DNA of 64,000 nt. Origin: Rhodosorus marinus CCMP1338. Its lineage: Eukaryota > Plantae > Rhodophyta. Position numbers and translations under genes: made by a program. The notes beneath the pieces are model-generated. The model saw only the letters and a program-made list of their open reading frames with translations. It did no database searches and had not been told where the DNA came from. Position 1 is the first letter of the stretch; each line of letters starts with the position of its first letter. Below are positions 36,591-48,562 of the stretch, one piece after another. The stretch spans positions 558,001 to 622,000 of the forward strand of contig JAMWBK010000001.1 in the NCBI GenBank assembly GCA_029953675.1, given 5' to 3'.

Positions 36591-39307
36591 TTCCAACTTA
36601 GAGCCGCCGTCTTCATCCTTCTCGTTTGTCACGATCCCAAACGTCTCCGACAAGTCGCCGTCACCTTCTATCCCAATCGATCGATCCGCACATGAGAAAA
36701 AGCTAAATATTTTCTATATTGTACAAACCAATAAAATTTCCGACAAGCACATTGACGAATATTTTCAACCAATGGCAAAAATCGAAAAATCCCTGTCGTA
36801 TCTACTAATCAGCTATGATCGGAAAATTCTGTCTACAATCGCTCCCTACCACCAGCCTGCTTAGGATGGTTCTCGAGTGCCTGAGTGCACAAGTTCCGAA
36901 GTGACTATCCATAGCTCCGATTTCAAAATGATTAACCGGCCGCCTAGCAGTCCCAAGAAAGAACAGGAGGATCTCTCCAGCGAAAAATGAACGTGGGCAA
37001 GAGGAGGAAGCGTTTGAATCCTAGTATTCGATGACTCCCTGTATGGAATCATAGGGCTTCTCTCTGTACTTGTAATCAATTCGCTAGATGTTAACGAGCC
37101 AAAATTTCGGTACTCATCCTCGATATCATAGAAGCAATTCTTTAGCACAGTCACCGTCCATGCGACTGTTCCCTGGGATACTGCTCCTGCCAACAAAGGA
37201 GTAGAACATAAAGGCACAGTAGTGCTGGCTGGAGAACGGTAACAAAGCAGAAGGTTGTGACAGCAGTACGGTAGGAGTCCGAGAGTGCGCATACATGTCA
37301 CGCGCCGACGCTTTCCGGTTTGCTGCTCAATAACCATGTACTTTCAGTTCTTGACCGCTCTTATTTTGAGTTCATGTGTGAACTTCTAAGAGCAAGCTAG
37401 AAATAAACAAGGAGCTGCATATTTCTCCGTAAACCCCGTGGGTAGGCCCTTGTTGTTTTCGAGATATTCTTGGCAAGTCGACTGTGTTGCAGGGCGCTAG
37501 AAGTTCTTGTTCAAAAGCTCGCAGTCATGAGACAAATCCATAGAGGCCACGAAGTAGAAAAACACCCTACAAGAAAACAAACTTCTTCAGGCGGCAGCTC
37601 TTGACCGGAACTGATCGGCAAATTTGGCTTTACATCGGGGCGTCGCAAGTCCCAGACAGATGAGCGCGAAATCCCGGGAGTTGGCGGGTCATCGTTCGAA
37701 CTAACAAGCAGCGAACGTCCTAAGGAATTAAAAAAAAAATCACCCGGGAAGCGATTTTGACCAGATCAGGTTGGCACTGCCATATTGCGAGTGGTCTAGT
37801 CAGCGTAGCAACAGTTCGGACGCTAGTCCAGCGTACAGCGTAAGTCCCTTGAACGCCGGAGACTCACTGTTCCCTTTCCTTTTCCTATGGCACCCACCCG
37901 GATCGCTAGTTTTCCAGTAAATCAGAGACTAAGAAAGCTCAAGCATTTCGCGAGCGTGTCGCAGGTCATGCATGAGGAGCACGATCGTTCGAAACAAAAT
38001 TTCCAAAACAAAAAAAACTAACAACTCGACCCACTGCCAATCCAAAACATGCTTACGCGCCATAAATGGGGAAGGATGATTCCCAGTAAAAATCCAAAAC
38101 ACAAACAGGACGTAACTGGTTTCCGATGTTTTGAACAGGGACAGACCCGCACACACAGAGGGAGAGTGCAGATAAAAAGGACAGAGATACTGCCACAGCT
38201 CAATACAGGACGAAACCCCCCTTCCCGGCAATGGAGATCAGTGAACTAGGAGAAGTAGACTAAGTTAGCGCAAATTGTGCTCGGGCGTTGATATCCCTGC
38301 CGAGACTGCCAGTCTCATTCCATTGGCACGAGACTGTTCGTATTCCCGCGGATCTTTGTTACTGCAGACGTCCTATCCCACTCGCCCGGTCAACCTTCCA
38401 TCGTTCGGGGATGAGACAGAAGAAAGAGTGTCCTTTCACCACTGCATAAACACTATCTTTCTAATGAGAACGTTTTCAGCTTTGCTCAACCACATAAACA
38501 CTATACTAAGAATCTCCCCCTCTCTCCCCCCCCAACCATAATATCCAAATCCAGCTATAAGCACACATCCCAACTTAACCTTTGCACAGAATGCACTCCC
38601 TCTCCACAACTTCCATTCAGGCTGCTTAAGGGGGGGGGAGGGGGGGGAAGGAGAAGGGGAAAGAGATCTTATCCCCCTATTTCAATACGCTGAAATAGTG
38701 CTAACCCCACTAATAAAATTCCAAAAACCGCTCAATTTTTGCACTCTGTCCCATTGTCCCATAATAGTCTTACCATGGAGAGAAAATATAATATGTTTTA
38801 AAAAAGAGGAAAAGAACCCTGATCTCGTTTTGTTCCATTGTGGATCAAATCATAAGTTGTCAGATACAAATATTTCATACCCCTCTGAAACGATCTGATT
38901 CTTCGTGAAGAATTGGTGTTTAATTGATTATAAGTTTTTTTTGAAAAGGTATGGATGGAGTAAGAGGGTTTTGTTTTAGGGGGATGGACGATGGTGCGGA
39001 GCGGAAGTTGCGGAGGGGGGTGGTAGTGTGTGGGGTGTGTTTGGGGAGGGAGGAGGGGGGTGAAGGAAGGGGAGTTTTCGGTTTGGACCGTTTTGGAAAC
39101 GGTGTTTATAGTTGTTGGATGCTTTAGTCAGAGTTGGAGAGGGCGCTTGAGGAATTGGGAGAAGTCTAGGTAAGTTGGTTAGGAGGCTGGTGAAACGCGG
39201 GTTGGGTTGGTTGGTTGAATTCTTTCGAATTTTTTTTTGGACTGATCGGATCTGGGATTGCACTTCTTGTCCGTTTTGTAGGGGGTTTGAGGACGGAGAA
39301 ACCCCTG

Positions 39308-42162
39308 ATGAGCGTGGTGCAGTTTAGAGTGCGAGTTCGGAACGTGCTACCGGATGAGACGGTTTTCGTTTCAGGCTCGAACCGGACGCTTGGCTTCTGG
39401 AAGCCTAGTCGAGCGAAAGCCCTGGAAAGAACGGGAAATGGTGTGAACGAATCGCTTCAAGGACATATTTTTTTTAAATTTTGGTTCCGACTGCCGTCCT
39501 TTGTTTTGTTTTTGTTTTGGACTGACGACGATATTGTCTGACAACCTCAACCACGCAGATTTTTGGCAAACAAAGGTTACCTTCGAGAAAGACGAAAACG
39601 TTTACCAGATGGAGTACAAATATGTTGTGATCCAAGGTCGCGCAGAAATGGAAACATGGCTGCCGGGCGGAAATTTGAAAATTCGACCACCGGGTATAAT
39701 CACAGCCACTAGTGACGATTGGGTCCTGGAAGAGAAACGTGAGCAGAGGAGCAATCAGCGCAAACCCTACGAAGTCCAGCACACGCACAACCGTCACGAC
39801 CACCATCACGCCCCAGAGAAACCAGATGGTAATCTACTGAAAATGGGAGAATCGGACGTATGTCATGCAAAACAGGGAAACCAGCAGCAGGAGCGGATTT
39901 CCTTCTCAAGCTTCCTATGGTGATATTGGCTCATCAACAACTCCTTTGCTTACCACTGCATCAGACATATGGCGGAGTACCGTGTTGGTATAAGGATTCG
40001 ATCTTCTACTTGATCTACTGCCTTGGAACGCCTGGACATGGAGGAGGGGGCTTCTTTGGCGATTGTCCGGATGTCAATGACCAAACCAGCGGAAACGCAA
40101 ATCGACTTCTCAAACTAAGGCATTGGTGAGGAAGGGTCTTTGTCTTTGAGGAGGTGTTTTCTCTGCTTGGTTTCTCTAATTGATAAGCTCCTCCGTCGGC
40201 CAAAAAAATGCGCAAAAACCAGGTACGACTACCTCGTCGATCTCGGCATAAACGCGGTCTACTTCACTCCGATATTCGATTCTGGAACGCACGGGTATGA
40301 TACGTACGACTACTTTAGAATCGACCGTCGCCTTGGCGACATGAATGACTTCAAAACAATCCTTGCCGAGCTTCACGAGAGGAATATTCGAGTAGTTCTG
40401 GACGGCGTCTTCAATCACACTGGAAGAGGCCATTTCGCTTTCTCTGATATCCTCTCCAGAGGTAGAGAATGGAGGCAGAGTCCGTATAAAGATTGGTAAG
40501 TCCGACCATTGGTTTTGGCGTTGATCTCCGAAGCTCATCCTGCCAGACTAGTGGAGGAGTGGCTTCCCTCTTTCTCTCCGTTCTCGACTGCTGAACATCT
40601 TCAATCCAACCTCGTACAGGTACTTTCTGAGGGATGGAAAGTCTTCCTATGGTGATAAGTTCGACTACGAAGCTTGGTCAGGCTATCAAGTTTTACCCAA
40701 GCTCAACGTGTACCATCCAGAAGTCCGAAATCACATTTTTGATGTTGCTCGGTAAGTTTTCTTCGTGCTTTTTGGGTTTTGTTTTGGCCGAGTTGAGTGA
40801 TGAGGCACTCAGTAGCGTCACGTGACAACGATGTGAAAAGGTTCTGGCTGGAGCTTGGAATCGATGGCTGGCGACTAGACTGTGCTGCAGATATATCTCC
40901 CGAGTTTTGGAATGATTTTAGGAGGGTATGCCGGGAAACTCGTCCCGGAGCAGTTCTCATTGGAGAGATCATTCATGGTGAGGCGCTTGGACAAAGATGC
41001 TTTCTTTGGATGACGTAGGCAAAGTCAAACTCGTTCACATATTGAAGGCATCTCAACGCTCGTCTTGGCTCAATGTTCTTTGAACAAAAATAATCAGGCG
41101 ACTACAACTCGTGGGTAGACGATTACCACAGGCTGCACTCTGCTACGAATTATCAGCTGTATAAACCCCTTTGGTCATGCTTAAAAGACAGAAACTTCTT
41201 CGAGCTAAGGTGCGACGTTGTCTCTCCGAAACCGGTTCTTGGTCACTCAAACCCTCCACCAAATACCTCTTGTGCTGAACGTTAGAACATCGCCAATTGT
41301 CGCGAATACCCAGGCACAATATCGAGAGAGATGAACATCTGTACGGAGAAAAGGTTTTGATGAACTTCATTGGAAACCATGACGTGGATCGGGTCTTATC
41401 AATATTGCACGATGATAGACAACTCGTAAGCTAGAATATACGCCAATGTACATGACCACCTGCTACCAAGCGCGTGGATTTCAACACTCAAGAAACAGGC
41501 TCTGCAACTTGAGGGATGGATCATATACCCTTGCAAGGGGTGTCCCACTCCAGAGCCTTTCCACTGTATTGACCAGCGATCTCTTTTTCAGGCAATGCTG
41601 GCGACGGTGTTATTGTTTACCATGAAAGGTACGCCTTGTCTATACTATGGAGACGAATGTTTTATGGGTGGTCAGAAACAGCACGGAGGCGACGCTTCGC
41701 TTCGTCAGCCTATGCCGTATCCCGGAGACCACTCATGGGATAGAACTCTGTTTGAGGTTACGAAGCACCTCACGCACCTTAGGAAAAATTTCCCCGCGGT
41801 TCGATATGGAGGGGTAATGACCGGAAACCCGCTGATCTGATTTCCAGAAACCCATGGACTTGTGGATTGAACGTGTACTAACTCACTTTGCGCCGCCTGC
41901 CCACATCCAGATCACCATCGTGTGGAATAACGAGACCAGCATCGTCTACCATCGCAAAATGGATGACCAGGCTGTTGCGGTTGTCATGAACTGTGGTGAT
42001 AGTCCAGCTACAGCGGAAGTTGGAATTGAAAACGCACATGAATATCAGTGGCACCCCCACATCGGCGTGGATGGGAATGGTCCCTGGTCCAGACCAATGC
42101 ACGTTACAGTGGGGCCCAAGTCCTCAAGGATTTTTTGCGGCTCCACTATAAAAGGCAATTGA
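39308..42162 (+). CDS. CBM20 starch-binding domain fused to a GH13 cyclomaltodextrinase/neopullulanase-like catalytic domain; many introns
   Basis: CBM20: VFVSGSNRTLGFW, DFW, EYKYVV, TWLPGGN. GH13: HGYDTYDY, VVLDGVFNHTG, DGWRLDCA (nucleophile D), IGEIIHG (acid/base E), GNHDVDR and GTPCLYYGDE. Confidence 0.92.
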
Positions 42163-42327
42163 GATGGTGTCGAGGGCTTCAAGGTAAAAACCATAGCCAC
42201 ACGGCGCGATATCACAGCCGGCACAGCTGTCGTTCCCCGGAAACCATGTACTTTGTGTAAAGCATAGCTTGTGTCGATTGACGAGTGAAAGGATTTGCTG
42301 CCAAATCGGCCTCGTCAGCCCAAGGAT

Positions 42328-43384
42328 TCATGAATCCCCGGGGAGGGCTTCTGTGGCAAGCTGTGTAAGCCGGTCGATGGTATAGCCTATAACGGTTCTA
42401 TCAAGAATGCCAACGCCATGGCGGCCAGCCAGGTCCGTAACGTCTGCGATAACTAGTTCGGGTGGAACTTGATCCACTTCGGTCAGGTTGCATGCGATCT
42501 CTATTCCGTCTCCGTGGGGAAATGCCATTGCTTCGACTTGACCAGGTCTTCGAACAGCCTTGGTGATGCTCCGAGCCATTGTTATGTCGCTCGTATCAAT
42601 CATCACGTTACAGTTTAGCACATAAGGCGTCGCGCCAACAGCGGTCCAGCCCGATGATGGGCTTTCCGGTAGCTTGACGTTCTTGAACCAGCCCAGTCCT
42701 TTTCTCCTCTCAACCAACGATCGACCTTGTTCATCAGCCGCTCCGTAGAGGAAGCAGCTCACTAGTACCATTCAAAAGGAGACACGGTCAGTTGTAGAGA
42801 AACTGTCGGAATTGCAAGCGAGGTTGAGGCTAATCAACTACGTTCTCCTACCGCTTTTCTTTTGTAAAGCATCTGCCAACTCCCTTGCGACGCTTCCAGC
42901 TTCTTCTAAGCTCGTGTTCAGTAGGGGATGGACTGGAATGAGATCTATCACTCCTCCGCGAGGATGGATTCCCTTCAGACGAGTTACAAGGAGGAACAAC
43001 TTCAGTAGGGCTTCTTCTACTAGTGCTCAATCTAATAGCTTTTGAAAGAACACCTCGTGTGATCTCAAGTCGATGTTTCTCAGCGCAGTATTGCACATCT
43101 CAATTATGCAGGAGGTTAGTCCATCTAGACGGGTGAGAACTCATAAAGTGTTTCAGTTTAGGTCTGTCTTGTTCGAGGGATGAAACATGTCTTCGCATAC
43201 CTCTATCGCCCGCGAGGGTGAAGACTGTTCGGTTGTACTCGAGATCGGAGAATGTGTGAAGCAACGCGGCCTTTTTAAGTGACGATACATCGCGAGCAGA
43301 TTGTTCGAGCAGTTTGATCGTTGATCCTGTCCTCGCCTCTGAGATGTTTACGAGGCTCGTGAACAACTTCATTCTAGCGCTCAT
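42328..43384 (-). CDS. Glutamate formiminotransferase-like protein (FT domain only, plant-type)
   Basis: Spliced reading VNISEAR...FSDLEYNRTVFTL, ALRNIDLRSHEGIHPRGGVIDLIPVHPL, FLYGAA, GWTAVGA and VEAMAFPHG..EIACNL. No cyclodeaminase domain follows. Confidence 0.88.
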
Positions 43385-43699
43385 CGCGCATTTTCCCCGG
43401 CCTTAGTATCTCGGGAAGTGAGCCATTGTCTCTCTTTCCCAACGCGCGTAGTTTTCTCTTTACTTTGGTCACTAGGCTGATTGCTAATCGGTGTGTTAGT
43501 GCAGTGTTAGTGCAATCTTAGTGTGTTTCGGGTGGCAACGCTTGCATTCAAAGAGCGGATTCGCGTGTTCCACAGAACCGATACCCTGAAGTTTCGCTTT
43601 AGGTTGTGCATTGGGGGAGGATGGGTTGCGTGAGGTTCGCCGGGGTTTATTACTTTATTGACTTGTGTAGTCGATATTCTGTTCGTTTCGTTTGGATTT

Positions 43700-44641
43700 T
43701 TACTTGGATTTGCCCTGGGCCGCAACAGCAGCGGCAGCTGCAGCGATAGCATCTTGGTCACCGAGGTACTTTCCAGAAAGAGGCTCTGCTGACCCCTCCA
43801 TTTTGATGGGACGAAGATTATCGTCGAGATGGTACATGAGAGGAACTCCAGTTGGGATGTTAACCTTCAAGATCGCGTCGTCGGAAATATCGTCCAAATA
43901 CCTGTACGATAGAGCCGCAGTGGTTGGTCAGCGCTTTGACCGCCGGTCGTGATTAGTGTTCTTGTCCCTGCTGCGGGAGAACCAGCTTACTTGACGAGGG
44001 CTCTGAGGCTGTTTCCGTGTGCAGCGATCAAAAGCTTCTTCCCGGACTTGATCGCAGGAGCGATCTCACTGTTCCAGTAAGGAAGGACTCTTTCAACAGT
44101 ATCCTTAAGGCACTCCTGCCTGGGGATCTGATCGCGGGGAATGGCATCATACTTGGCCTCCTTGCCTGGATAGAATTCATGGTCTTCCGGGGCTGGAGGC
44201 GGTGGAGTGTCGTAGCTGCGGCGCCAAATGAGAACCTAGAAAACGAAGCTCAGGTCTTGATCAGTTTCACAAAACCCAATCGCAGATCTGCACCTGTTGT
44301 CTTCCTCATACCTGATCGTCCCCGTACTTGGCGGCAGTATCGGCCTTGTTCAACCCCTGCAGCGCGCCGTACATTCTCTCGTTCAGATGCCAATCCTTGC
44401 TCACTGGAATCCACATCAAGTCCATCTCCTCCAACACAATCTCGCACGTCTTGATGGCGCGCTTGAGAAACGAGGTGTAAGCCAGATCGAACTCGTACCC
44501 CTCATTCTTCAGCAACACCCCGGCAGCCTTGGCCTCGCCCTCTCCAGTTTCAGACAACGGTTGATCAACCCATCCACAGAATCGGTTCTCCTTGTTCCAC
44601 TGGGATTCCCCATGTCGGATCAATACTAACGTGTGAACCAT
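43700..44641 (-). CDS. gpmA: 2,3-bisphosphoglycerate-dependent phosphoglycerate mutase (dPGM)
   Basis: [39 protein letters not shown] and NIPTGVP. Two introns. Confidence 0.97.
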
Positions 44642-46155
44642 CCTTCTCAGACCACCCCGCGCTAGCCCAATCTCTCACGCTCTCTATATACAACTATATA
44701 ACTATCAGCTCCCAAATCACCTACAAGTCCAAAACCCTTCTAACCCGATCCTCTTCCAACCCCACCCCCTCCCGCGACGCCCCCCCGCGACTCATCCCCA
44801 GAACCTTTCCGAACTCTAACATTAACCCAACTTTGCAAAGCAAAATCAACGATGCCCCTCATCGTCGTCAACTCATCCCCCCCAAATAACAAAATATCAA
44901 ATCCCCCCCAAAAGTAAACTGGCCAACATTATACCGGCCAATGTTAGCATGTATTCCCGAAAAAATACTAAGGCCAACATTTCTATACCGCCCAATGTTA
45001 ACCCCCAACGGGCCTAGCCCTCTAAAAACACCGATTCTTTTGGAGGTTGTTGAGTTCCCATTTCTTTACTTTTCAATAAACATGGATCTTTCTTTTTTTT
45101 TCCCCGTTTGCACTCTAAATAGCGAAACTAAACGCATTCTTATCCTTTTATTGGATAAAATAGCGATATATTTGTCCAACCATCGACTTAAAAATAATTT
45201 AAGAGAATAGATTGGTTAATCGACGAGATTTTTATTTTGTTTTTCTCTTAGTTTTGTTAAACTATAAATGACGATCGCAATGCGATGCCCGCTGCAAAAA
45301 AAATTAAATAAATTTCAATAGCGAGAAGAAGGAACGCCTAGGAGGTGAGAAAGGGGGGTGGGGGGGGGGGGAAATACGTTTAGTCCGGTCATCAAATAGT
45401 TCGAATAAATTAACACATTCATATCATTACCGAAGAAAACCACACTGAATTTACCACATGCATTAGATGCAAAAAAACACTGCTATGTTGTCTAGCCAAT
45501 AATTACAAGGGTGTTAGCATTACGAGCACAAATGTTGAAAAATAAATATAATACCTAATTCAATCAGTTTACCTAAATATTGATTGATCGCGTTGAGCAA
45601 TGGATGGAATGTGTGTGGAAAGTTTTAAGTGACTTTGTTGAGTGCCACCAGTGGTTGGGCCATAGCCACTAGGAGAGGCGTGGATGGTCTTCTGTTTTCT
45701 TTACGATTTCGTTATCAAGATGTAGATACTGCACGTTGTGGCCGGCAGTTTTGTATTTGGAGGGGCGGGACTGTGCGTACACATAACCGATCCCGTTCGT
45801 TCCTGTAGAGAGTGGTGGTGGACAATCTCGTTAAGTCTAAGCGCTTAGTGTCAGGGCTGTTTTAGAGTAGTTGAGACTATGAGGAAACTTTCCATTGATA
45901 TCATAGTTGGTTTCCGCACCACCTCTCCCCCCACCCACTGAGTCACATAAGAACATCCAGTCTTCTCTGTGAATGAAAAGTCTGCTCGTGCGGGTGGGTA
46001 TCCTGTTCATTGAAATCTCCCGATTGCAAGGGAAGATATATTGTTCTGTTGAGATGAGTAGGTAGGGCAACTGAGGGATTGGATAGCACAGGTTGATCAT
46101 CCAAGGTGTGGGAGAAACGGGTGTCTTCTATCAGTTAAGAGAGAGTTTTGTAAAG

Positions 46156-46895
46156 ATGGCTGACTTTGTGGTTTCACAGCCTGAATGGTTGGACGGGTTT
46201 CTTGCGTCGAAACCGAGGGTATTTCCCACTCTGGAGGATCGCATGAATCTCGTGATAGAGGCGACGGAGTTGAACATAAAGCATAGGACGGGAGGACCTT
46301 TCGGGAGTGCTGTGTTCGAGTTGAAATCTGGCAAACTGGTTGCGGTTGGGGTTAATTCCGTGATGAGACATGGGTGGTCCGGTGCACATGCGGAGGCAAT
46401 GGCAATCATATTCGCATCCAAGGCGATTGGTTCTTATGATCTAGGTGCGCCGCTTTTGCGGGCGCAGACAGTCGTCTCAGATAGTCTTCTAACTGATCTC
46501 ACTTTTGTTTCTAGGCGGACCTGAAATTCCCGAACATCAGCTCGTGGTAAACGGGCAACCATGCGCAATGTGCTTAGGGACGATCATCTGGAGTGGCGTG
46601 GTTGAGGTATTTAGGAATACGGCATCGTGAGAATTCTCTCGTCAGGTAGAATCGCTAACATACCTGTCTCGTAATGCTCGCGTTCGCCTAGGCTGTTTGG
46701 GGAGCCAGTAGCAAAGAAATCGAGGAGTTGACTGGGTTCGACGAAGGTCCAGTCCCCAAAAACTATGCCGAGGAACTCCAGAACAGGGGGATCCATGTGA
46801 TCACTGACGTGCTCCGTGAGGAGAACATCAAGGTCATCGCTACATACAAAAGCTCACAAGGTGTGATCTACAACGCCCGACTAGGCAAACCCTGA
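46156..46895 (+). CDS. Zinc-dependent cytidine/guanine deaminase-superfamily protein (bacterial nucleoside-deaminase-like), 2 introns
   Basis: GGPFGSAVF, AHAE and, after splicing (46445-46514, 46607-46691), QPCAMCLGTIIWSGV, LTGFDEGP and VIYNAR. Confidence 0.9.
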
Positions 46896-47547
46896 ACCAA
46901 AACCAGCACTAGCGACGCAACCGGGTAATCATGTGGCTCTCGAGGAACCGATTAGAAAACTACTGCAGATCCAGAATTCACTAGCAAGGATCCATCTTCA
47001 CAGCTTAGCTTCTGTTCTACGCTGCAGCAGTGAAGATGACTGTCTACTCACTCCACCCTTCCTCATCGCCGCGAGAAGGATGGTCCGGACACTAGGACGA
47101 TACTTAGCTCAGCAACTGAAAACCTGGACAAGAAGTTCTGAAAACGTGTGAATTTATGTCTTAGAAATCAAAAGAACCTTTCTTTCCCTGCTCGAAATTT
47201 TTCTTTGCCAGTGACTGAGTTTCCAGTTTAGTATTCTGGGATGCAGAAGACCAATTCTGGTGATTGATTTCCTTAGGCAATCAATCACCTTTCCACATGC
47301 ATCAGATGACTTGGGGAAGACCGTGTGTCAGTTTTTTGGAGGAGTCCTCCACAAGGCATGATGGACATGGCAGGTGACATGCACATGCGTACCCCCAAAC
47401 CACTGTGGAAAGACAAGACTTCAGCGGCATAGGATACCGACCCTAACGAGATTTGAGAGACTAACCCGCCCGCGTCCTCTTAGTGTGCGCCTGCTCAAAC
47501 CACTCCAAAATCTCCTTTGGGTCAGTCTAAGCTCAGTTTCTTCTCGG

Positions 47548-48040
47548 ACGAGGCAAGAAGCCAAACCGCATTCAATAGCCGCGGACATGGTGCGTAACAC
47601 AGCTTCTTCACTTCGCAGAGGCAAGGAGAACGAGGCAAGAAGCCAAACCTCAGGTGGTGTTCTGCTGCCTACTTGGCCCCTGGACATCCTGCCCTATGCG
47701 TGCTAAGGACATTTTTCCATCTGAAAGTTTTTTTTTTGGGCGGGTAGCGTGCCACAACGACAATTGTGGTGATGCTCGAGAGGCTGTGTCGGCCCCTTCA
47801 TTCAAAGATATGGAGGAGCCGACACAGCCTCTTCATGTCGCAGAGGGAAGAAGATCCAGGCATCAAAAGGTCAAAGAGACAGGGTCGGGGCAATCACATC
47901 GCCTTTTACCACTAAGCGAAACACATACTTTCAATCGAAGGCGACAAATTTCATCTATGGAGTAAACCCTAACAATCATCCAGGGGTTTCCGCTTCTTTT
48001 TTTTTTTGTTTTCCCCGACGAGGCGAGAAGAAGCCAAACC
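47548..48040. repeat. Dispersed 20-bp motif ACGAGGCAAGAAGCCAAACC x3
   Basis: Identical copies at 47548-47567 and 47630-47649; a third with a 3-nt insertion at 48018-48040. Confidence 0.9.
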
Positions 48041-48562
48041 ACAATCAATGACATGCCAGTACATTACTATCTCACCAAGTCGATGAGCAAGTGTGAAAAG
48101 CATTGGATGAAATTCGATGAACGAGTATCCATAACATAACAACAAATTGTGACGCTAAAAATTTTTTCCCACACTCAAATACATGCAGTAGAGATGTCAA
48201 AAAGCCCCTTCACGCTGTCAGGGGAAGGTTAGAGCTCCTCTCTCCCCCCTCTCGCCAAGCCTTGCCCCCTTTCTTCCCCCTAAGAATCCGCGATCTAGGA
48301 TAGTGAACTAATGCCGTTATCGTCCTAAAACAAACCACTTCAATTTGCGGAAGAGGACACTCATTGGTGGGAGACATCGATTAAGCAATTTATTAACGTA
48401 TTCTTCACAAAACAGGGGAAAAAATTGTCTATTTTTAGGTTGGAATTGGAGATGGGGGTTTGTCGTTTTGTGTGGACTTGGGGATCACGACGGAGTGTGT
48501 GGGCTTGCAACTCGTGAAATAGATGAAGAAGCGGAGAAATAAATGAAGGAAGGGAGCGAGTT

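Noticed and set aside
36861-37337. 158-aa minus-strand ORF upstream of BCAT copy 2
   Set aside because: No family motif or coding-like composition that I can support.
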